DNA of 64,000 bases, taken from positions 113,745 to 177,744 of the forward strand of contig JBGCFM010000062.1 of NCBI GenBank assembly GCA_045106895.1. Reading direction: 5' to 3'. The first letter of the stretch is position 1. Each line of letters starts with the position of its first letter. Under the pieces are notes generated by a model. It saw nothing but the letters and a program-made list of their open reading frames with translations. It searched no databases and was not told the DNA's origin. The translations under genes were made by a program, and so were the position numbers. Source of the DNA: Polyangiales bacterium (lineage in GTDB: Bacteria; Myxococcota_A; Polyangia; Polyangiales; Houyiibacteriaceae). Shown here piece by piece: positions 57,854-64,000 of this stretch.

Positions 57854-59107
57854 ATGATGACCGCCCGCTCCGTAGCCACGGAAACTCTCCGCCGCGTCCA
57901 GAACGACAGCGCGTGGGCGTCACGTGTTCTCGACATGGAGATCGACCGCGCCGGCCTCGACACGCGGGATGCGGCCTTCGCTACCGGGATCGTCTACGGC
58001 ACGCTTCGGCGTCTGGTGTCCATCGACCGCCTCATCGACTCACACGCGGAGAAAACGGACCCCATCGTCCGGAGCATCCTTCGCTGCGCGGTCTTCGAGA
58101 TCCTCTACCTCGATCGCGTGCCTATTCGCGCCGCCGTCCATGAGGCCGTCGACCTCGCGCACGCGGCCCGCGGTCCGCGCGTGGCCGGCTTCGTCAACGC
58201 CGTTCTGCGTAAGATCGAGCGCCCGGATCCCGTGGAAGAGGCCACCCTTGAGCTTCCAAAGTGGATTCGAGACCGACTCCGAAAGAGCGTCGGCGCCGAA
58301 CGGGCGGCGGCCTACCGCGGGGCCAAAGCCCCTCTCGATCTGAGACTCTACGTCGAACGTGACGGATGGCTCGCGACGCTTGCCGAGCATCGCCCGGATG
58401 TGCACGCTGAGCCTTTTGGCCGTCACGGCGTTCGCTTGCACGGCGGTGGCGATCCGCGTGCGTTCCCCGGCTTCGACGAAGGCGCCTTCGTCGTACAAGA
58501 AGGCGGCTCGCAGATCATCAGCGAGTGTGTCGGCGCGTTGCCCGGACAGCGCATCGCGGACTGCTGCGCGGGACGCGGCGGAAAGACCGTCGCCTTGGCG
58601 GACGCGGTGGGCCCAGGGGGACACATCACCGCCATCGAGATCCACGAAGCCCGCGTTGAACAGATCGCCCCGGCCTTCGCGCGTCTCGGTATTCAAACCT
58701 CGCTGAGCGCTGAAACCGTCGACCTCTCCGTCGGCACCGGGGGACTCGAGGCGAGTTTCGACCATGTCCTCGTCGACGCGCCGTGCAGCGGTCTCGGAAC
58801 CGTGCATCGCCGCCCCGAGATTCTGTTGCGTCTGACGGCGGCGGACCTGCCCGATCTCGTGGAGCTTCAACGCGCCATCACCATGAACGCTTCCCGCCTC
58901 GTCAAACCTGGCGGCACCTTGACCTACGCCGTCTGCTCCTTCGCCAAGGATGAAGGCAGCAGCGCGATGGCGCCTCTCGAAGACGAGCTACGTGAGGCGG
59001 GCTTCGAGGGAGTCAACCTGCCAAACGGAGACGAAGATGGTTGGCTTCGCCTCGGCCCTTGGTGCGACACGGATGGTTACCAAGTGCGCCAGTGGAAGAA
59101 GCGCTAG
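57854..59107 (+). CDS. rsmB: RsmB/NOP family RNA m5C methyltransferase with NusB-like N-domain
   Basis: GFVNAVLR, VQEGGSQ, CAGRGGK, DAPCSG, YAVCS. Confidence 0.88.
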   Translation: MMTARSVATETLRRVQNDSAWASRVLDMEIDRAGLDTRDAAFATGIVYGTLRRLVSIDRLIDSHAEKTDPIVRSILRCAVFEILYLDRVPIRAAVHEAVDLAHAARGPRVAGFVNAVLRKIERPDPVEEATLELPKWIRDRLRKSVGAERAAAYRGAKAPLDLRLYVERDGWLATLAEHRPDVHAEPFGRHGVRLHGGGDPRAFPGFDEGAFVVQEGGSQIISECVGALPGQRIADCCAGRGGKTVALADAVGPGGHITAIEIHEARVEQIAPAFARLGIQTSLSAETVDLSVGTGGLEASFDHVLVDAPCSGLGTVHRRPEILLRLTAADLPDLVELQRAITMNASRLVKPGGTLTYAVCSFAKDEGSSAMAPLEDELREAGFEGVNLPNGDEDGWLRLGPWCDTDGYQVRQWKKR

Positions 59108-59140
59108 TGTGATGTGCGAACTCCCGCTGAGCGTCGCGCG

Positions 59141-59941
59141 CTAATGAAACTCGATGGCGCGAAGCGAACCTAAACCCACGATGGTGGTGTCGGCGAAATA
59201 GTCGACCATGCCCGAGGCGACGCAGTAGCCGTAGCCGTGATCGAAGAGCGTAGTGCGCGCGAGGCGGACCGAAGCCTCCTTGTGCTTGCCGGACTCGGGG
59301 TAGCGAAGAGGAACACGAACGGGCGCCTTCCGCCCGTCGCACAGCGTGACTAATGCAGGGGGCAGCATCGCGCCGTAGAAGGTGCGCGCGCCGGGCAAGT
59401 CGATGCGGCGGATCGAAGTGAAAGGAATGTCCGCTACGCGACCAGACTCAAGGCAGACGAACATCGAAGAGCGCATATCGTCCGCATCGCGGAGATTCCC
59501 GAACGCCTTCCGTCGGCCATCACGAAATACAAGCGTCCCCGGTTGTGGCAGAGGCCGCGAAGACTCCAGGGCATCCTTCGCCGTGGCGTATTCTCCGAGC
59601 ACGTGATGTGCAGCGGCGACGAAGCGCGCCATCTGCCATGGCTCCGCCGGACCACTCACGGAGTTTCGCGGATGGTTCTTCTTTCTCCGCTCGTTGTAGA
59701 TGCCGAACGCCAAGACCATCTCGCGGAGCCCGGAATCTCTTAGTTCGGGAAGGGCTTGATAGAGCTGGGCGACACACTGAGCCGCCGCCGACGCAGCATC
59801 GCGGTGGATGTGAATGCCGAGGAGCGACATGGCCATGTTTCGATCGAAGCGCTTCCGAAGAGCATCGTTCAATAGGCGCGCAGCGGTGTCGAAATCGCCT
59901 TTCGAAAAAACCACATCGACCTGCCGCATCAGCGCGTCCAT
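59141..59941 (-). CDS. ImpE/SciE (TagJ)-like protein
   Basis: LRDADD...IPFTSIRRI..P...PA.VTL.DG....VPLRYPES.....VRLARTT resembles the ImpE C-terminal domain; helical TPR-like N-terminus. Confidence 0.65.
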   Translation of the reverse strand: MDALMRQVDVVFSKGDFDTAARLLNDALRKRFDRNMAMSLLGIHIHRDAASAAAQCVAQLYQALPELRDSGLREMVLAFGIYNERRKKNHPRNSVSGPAEPWQMARFVAAAHHVLGEYATAKDALESSRPLPQPGTLVFRDGRRKAFGNLRDADDMRSSMFVCLESGRVADIPFTSIRRIDLPGARTFYGAMLPPALVTLCDGRKAPVRVPLRYPESGKHKEASVRLARTTLFDHGYGYCVASGMVDYFADTTIVGLGSLRAIEFH

Positions 59942-60034
59942 TGCCCCCTCTTAACCCGATGGCGCGCCGCCGGCTAGGCGCAAAGACGGGATTCGGTGAG
60001 CGCTCGGTCGTTGACTTCAGGGCCTCTATCCTCA

Positions 60035-61315
60035 ATGACAAGGGGCGTGACTCACTCCCCGCCCAAGCCCCGAGTGTTGTCGGCGCCGCACCCCGCAGAG
60101 GGCTTCACGGCGCCCGGTTTTGAGCCCTTAGCCCGAGTGTTCGCAGCTCAGCTCGCGACGAAGGAAGTAGGCGCCGCCATCGTCGTCTACCAGGACGGCG
60201 AAAAGGTCGTCGACCTCTGGGGAGGCATCGCCAACAAGGAGCGTAAGACCCCCTGGCTTAGGGATACGCGGGTTCCGGTGTTCTCCGCGTCCAAAGGCCT
60301 AAGCGCGATGGCGTTCCACCTCGCGAGCACCCGCGAGCTCTTCGAGTGGGACGCGCCGGTCGCAACGTATTGGCCGAAGTTCGCCGGCGGGGGCAAGGCC
60401 GCCATCACCGTCCGTGAGCTTCTCAACCACCAAGCTGGCTTGGCGGTGCTGGACACAAAGTTCTCGCTTCTGCAGTGCACCCAGCCGGAGCATCAGGGTG
60501 CGATTCGCGCGGCGCTGGAAGCCCAGACTCCGCAGCATAGCAGCCAGGCCTATCACGGGATCACCTGGGGCCTATACGCCGGCGTGCTCTTCGAGAAGAT
60601 CACCGGCGAGAATATTGGGAGCTACGCGCGACGCGAACTCTACGACCCCCTTGGCTCCAGCGCCCGCATCGGCGAAGACGTGGGCGATGCGGAGAAGACC
60701 GCGACTCTCTACGCGCCTAAGATTTCAACGCGCGCATTTCAGATGGCGCGACGCGCCACCACGAAACCGCTCTCCGCAGAGGCGCGAATTCTCCGTGACC
60801 TTCCCAAGCGCGACAGCCTCGCGCGACGCGCTTTCGAAAACCCAAGCGCCGGAAAGCCCGGCCCCCTTGCCTACAACACGCCGGAAGTTCGGCGAGCCAG
60901 CCTCCCCTGGGGAAGCGCGACGGCGAGCGCCGATGGACTCGCACGCGCCTACCTCCCCTTTGCGCTTGGGGGCGAGGTCGACGGTCGACGCTTCTTCTCG
61001 GCCGAGAGCCTCAAACCGATCTATGAGCGACAGGGCTGGTCCGAGCGAGATTCAGTCCTGCAAAAACCCCTGGGCTGGTCTCAGGGCTTCCTTAAAGAAG
61101 AGCGCCACGTCTTCTCCCCCAACCCTCAGTCCTTTGGCCACGCCGGGATGGGCGGCGCGCTCGGCTGGGCGGACCCGGTCACGCGGACGTGCTTCGGTTA
61201 TGTGATGAATAGGATGGACTGGCGGGTGCGAAGCGCACGTACAGTTCAGCTCTGCCGGGCGCTTTATGAGTGTAAAAGCCTTCATTTTGCCCACCCAAAG
61301 GCCTTAAGTCTTTGA
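60035..61315 (+). CDS. Serine hydrolase, beta-lactamase-related esterase family
   Basis: VVDLWGG, FSASK (SxxK), LLNHQAG, YH, FGHAGMGG. Confidence 0.9.
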   Translation: MTRGVTHSPPKPRVLSAPHPAEGFTAPGFEPLARVFAAQLATKEVGAAIVVYQDGEKVVDLWGGIANKERKTPWLRDTRVPVFSASKGLSAMAFHLASTRELFEWDAPVATYWPKFAGGGKAAITVRELLNHQAGLAVLDTKFSLLQCTQPEHQGAIRAALEAQTPQHSSQAYHGITWGLYAGVLFEKITGENIGSYARRELYDPLGSSARIGEDVGDAEKTATLYAPKISTRAFQMARRATTKPLSAEARILRDLPKRDSLARRAFENPSAGKPGPLAYNTPEVRRASLPWGSATASADGLARAYLPFALGGEVDGRRFFSAESLKPIYERQGWSERDSVLQKPLGWSQGFLKEERHVFSPNPQSFGHAGMGGALGWADPVTRTCFGYVMNRMDWRVRSARTVQLCRALYECKSLHFAHPKALSL

Positions 61316-61478
61316 CACTCACAGTTCCCCACATTAGCTTCCGCGTCCTCCAAAATGAGGAGACGCGCGGCACGATCTTCGGGTGCAGGCGACTCAAACT
61401 ATGAGGTCGAAGGCTTTCGGGCCTTTGGCATTCAACAAGCATGACCACTCTTAACAAGATTTGCGGGTACTCCGACTG

Positions 61479-62087
61479 ATGGCCAAACCACCCCCAGCCA
61501 TTCGAATCCTCGTCGTCGACGACGACGACGCGATTTGTGAATTCATGGAGACGTTTCTGACGAAGGACGGCTTCGAGGTCACATCTCTCTCCGACCCGGC
61601 CAAGGCGCCCGCCGAAGTTCGCGCAGGCGGCTACCACCTCGTCATCCTGGATCTGATGATGCCGGGCATGGACGGAATCCAGACGCTGGAGAAGATCCGT
61701 CACGTAGACAGCGATGTCGCCGTGGTCATCTACACGGGCTACCCCAGCCTTGAGACCGCCGTCGCCTCCATGAAGCTCGACGCCGTCGACTATCTGGGCA
61801 AGCCATTCGACCCGGAAGAGTTCCGAAAGGTGCTCGACCGCGTGATGCGCAAGAAAGGTCTCCTTCGCACGCCCGAAGAAAACCTGCATCGCGTCATCGG
61901 CGAGACGATTCGTGGCCTGCGAAAAGAGCGCTCCCTGACGCTGAAGCAGATGGCCCGACGCACGGGACTGAGCGTTTCGCTGCTCTCCCAAATCGAACGA
62001 GCGGAGTCGAGCGCATCCATCAGCTCGCTCTACAAGACCGCCACGGCCCTCGACGTACGCGTCCAGGACCTCTTCGGCGAATACTGA
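61479..62087 (+). CDS. Response regulator with C-terminal XRE HTH (DigR-like architecture)
   Basis: LVVDDD, LDLMMP, GKP; IRGLRKERSLTLKQMARRTGLSVSLLSQIER. Confidence 0.9.
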   Translation: MAKPPPAIRILVVDDDDAICEFMETFLTKDGFEVTSLSDPAKAPAEVRAGGYHLVILDLMMPGMDGIQTLEKIRHVDSDVAVVIYTGYPSLETAVASMKLDAVDYLGKPFDPEEFRKVLDRVMRKKGLLRTPEENLHRVIGETIRGLRKERSLTLKQMARRTGLSVSLLSQIERAESSASISSLYKTATALDVRVQDLFGEY

Positions 62088-62095
62088 GCCGGCCC

Positions 62096-62626
62096 ATGCT
62101 CAGCGATGAGGAAGCGCTGCGTGCGCAGCTCGGACGGCCGCTGCGCGCGGAATCGCACCCCGTAAAACGGTGCCCGCTGCATCTCCCCATCGTTATCGCT
62201 GTGCCCCCGGTTCTTGAAAACGGCGAGCCCTTCCCGACGCGTTACTGGCTCACCTGCCCCCTCGCTCACAAGCGCATCGCACGCCTCGAAGCCGCCGGGG
62301 GAGTCAAAGAGTACGAAGCGCGTCGCAAGAGTGACGCGGAGTTCGGGGCAGCTCTCGACCGTGCCCACGCAGCCTACGCCGAGGAACGTGATGCTCTGGT
62401 CAAGAGCGAAGTCGCGATCAAACCGCGCGGCGGCGTCGCGGGTGTCGCAGGAGGCGTGAAGTGTCTCCATGCCCACTTCGCCCACGCCGCGGCGGGCGGA
62501 GAGAACCCCATCGGCGCAGAGGTCGCCGCCAAGATCGCGCCCCTCGAGTGCGAACAGCCCTGCGTCGCGGACGTGGATGGCAAAGCCTCCCGGAACCCCG
62601 CGTGGAGCGAGCCCAAGCTCGCTTAG
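62096..62626 (+). CDS. DUF501 family protein
   Basis: GEPFPTRYWLTCP, GGVAG, VKCLHAH. Confidence 0.85.
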   Translation: MLSDEEALRAQLGRPLRAESHPVKRCPLHLPIVIAVPPVLENGEPFPTRYWLTCPLAHKRIARLEAAGGVKEYEARRKSDAEFGAALDRAHAAYAEERDALVKSEVAIKPRGGVAGVAGGVKCLHAHFAHAAAGGENPIGAEVAAKIAPLECEQPCVADVDGKASRNPAWSEPKLA

Positions 62627-62678
62627 CCCTCAAGCGACGAGCGTTGACGCCGTCGGCTCGATCCCTAAAGATCACCGC

Positions 62679-63233
62679 GTGCCTGAGGTAAACGATGTCG
62701 ATGATGCAGCGGTCGACGACGTCGTTCACCCAAACGTCGCGGACGAGAAGGCCGAGGCAAACGAACACGCCGCCGATTTTGGATATCCATCGGCACCGGA
62801 GCCCGCACCAAAGCTCGGCGGTATCGCATCGCGGATCACGTGGTTTGTTCTCGGCGCCCTTCCCCTCGCCGTCATCGCCACCGCCACGACGCTCAATCCG
62901 GCGGCGGAAGGCCACGGCACACATATGCAGCTGGGCCTGCCTCCCTGTGGCTTCTTGGTCTCCACGGGGCTCCCCTGTCCTGGCTGTGGTCTCACGACGA
63001 GCTTCAGTCATATGGTTCGCTTCGACTGGGCCGGCGCCTCCTCGGCCAACGCCTTCGGCGTCGCGCTCTTCCTCGTGTCCTTCTTCACGATCCCCGTGTC
63101 TTTTTACTCCATGTGGAGAGGTCTTCCCGTCATCGCGACGATGGAGAAGCTCCAGTTTGAGAAAGTCGTCGTGGCCCTCGCCATCAGCAGCAGCCTCGTG
63201 TGGTGCGTTCGGATTGCGACGATTCTGCTCTAA
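62679..63233 (+). CDS. DUF2752 family membrane protein (start uncertain)
   Basis: HGTH.QLGLPPCGF...TGLPCPGCGLTTSF. Confidence 0.8.
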   Translation: MPEVNDVDDAAVDDVVHPNVADEKAEANEHAADFGYPSAPEPAPKLGGIASRITWFVLGALPLAVIATATTLNPAAEGHGTHMQLGLPPCGFLVSTGLPCPGCGLTTSFSHMVRFDWAGASSANAFGVALFLVSFFTIPVSFYSMWRGLPVIATMEKLQFEKVVVALAISSSLVWCVRIATILL

Positions 63234-63281
63234 CGCCATCCACACCTTGCCAAGCACGGGCCTTCCCGCGTAGCGTGAAAC

Positions 63282-63821
63282 ATGGCGAAGGTCCCTCCCT
63301 ATCGAATGCCGCGCGAAGAGATGAAGGCAGAACTCGATCGGCTCCGCCACCCGTTTCGCGTCGTTGTCGACCGCGCCAAGAATCCGTTCAACATCGGCGC
63401 CATTGTCCGCACAGCGCATTCCTTCCTGGTCAAAGAGATCATCCTCATCGGCACCGAGCCTTGGTACGAGCGCGCCGCGATGGGCATGCTTCGCTACGAA
63501 CACATCCGCGAAGTAGAGACGTCCGAGGAATTCGTCGCCCTCGCCGCAGAGGAGGGTTGGCCCATCCTCGCATTCGAAAAAGACCACGCCGCCGTTGGCG
63601 TTTGGGACGTCGACATGCCCGACAACGCCGCGCTTGTGTTTGGCAACGAAGACAACGGCTGTGCGCCTTGCATTATCGAGGCTGCCACGAGCGTCGTGGG
63701 CATCCCGATGTACGGCATCAACCACAGCTACCCCATCGCCATCGCCGCCGGCATGGGCATGGCGGAGTGGGCCCGCCGTCGCTACCAGCACGGTCGAAGC
63801 GTCGTTCCTTCGAAGGATTGA
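63282..63821 (+). CDS. TrmH/SpoU-family RNA 2'-O-methyltransferase
   Basis: NPFNIGAIVRTA, VFGNEDNG, IPMYG..HS. Confidence 0.9.
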   Translation: MAKVPPYRMPREEMKAELDRLRHPFRVVVDRAKNPFNIGAIVRTAHSFLVKEIILIGTEPWYERAAMGMLRYEHIREVETSEEFVALAAEEGWPILAFEKDHAAVGVWDVDMPDNAALVFGNEDNGCAPCIIEAATSVVGIPMYGINHSYPIAIAAGMGMAEWARRRYQHGRSVVPSKD

Positions 63822-63853
63822 CCCGCCGGTCACCACGCTAAATACTAGCCGAT

Positions 63854-64000
63854 ATGACCAAGCCCAAACGCTCCGGGACAGCAGCCATCGGATGGTTGCT
63901 CACATTCGCCGGCGCCGTCGCCATCGGTACCCTTGTCTTCAGCATCTTCAGCTCGGACTACCGGCGCAGCCGTTTCTTTTCTCTGCTCCAGGGGGACTCC
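63854..64000 (+). CDS. Membrane-anchored protein, 5' part only
   Basis: MTKPKRSGTAAIGWLLTFAGAVAIGTLVFSIF..., open to the window end. Confidence 0.5.
   Translation, partial: MTKPKRSGTAAIGWLLTFAGAVAIGTLVFSIFSSDYRRSRFFSLLQGDS

Noticed and set aside
60035..61315. Beta-lactam resistance gene
   Set aside because: No signal peptide, and the motifs fit the cytoplasmic family VIII esterase-like group.
61426..61441. Possible sigma54 promoter TGGCATTCAACAAGCA before the REC-XRE gene
   Set aside because: GG-N10-GC spacing is right, but the -12 box is AAGC rather than TTGC; too weak to call.
1..64000. Prophage, IS, defence island, rRNA/tRNA or biosynthetic gene cluster
   Set aside because: I saw no integrase, transposase, phage, PKS/NRPS or RNA-gene signatures by inspection. 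Small ncRNAs cannot be excluded without an Infernal search.

Overview
This is a gene-dense, GC-rich chromosomal segment that looks myxobacterial (Myxococcota, probably Polyangiales/Sandaracinaceae-like). That call is inferred from a MYXO-CTERM-type sorting tail, PEGA/TPR proteins, many Cys-rich lipoproteins and three Hanks-type kinases. About 55 CDS are supportable. They cover housekeeping and RNA modification (typA, rseP, RsmB, Dus, RlmN-like, TrmH, a 2-oxoacid dehydrogenase E2), envelope functions (L,D-transpeptidase, DUF368, FadL-like, IgGFc-binding, vWA, BNR), lipid and xenobiotic enzymes (P450, cytochrome c-copper monooxygenase, ALDH, GST) and many signalling genes. I saw no CRISPR array, rRNA/tRNA, transposase or integrase. 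The most interesting observations are: (1) a translationally coupled Dus + N-terminally shortened RlmN-like radical SAM pair; (2) a histidine kinase / single-domain receiver / receiver-Ser/Thr kinase module; (3) a sensor-less sigma54 activator coupled to a REC-degenerate GGDEF protein with an intact RxxD site; (4) a small Tat lipoprotein with a protamine-like mature part and its own promoter and inverted repeat; (5) a nested palindromic repeat element; (6) frequent leaderless promoter architecture; (7) an orphan TagJ/ImpE-like gene; (8) a Cys-less NifU-like domain; (9) a KstR-like regulator next to a FadL-like channel. All assignments come from recognising motifs by eye, and no database searches were run.
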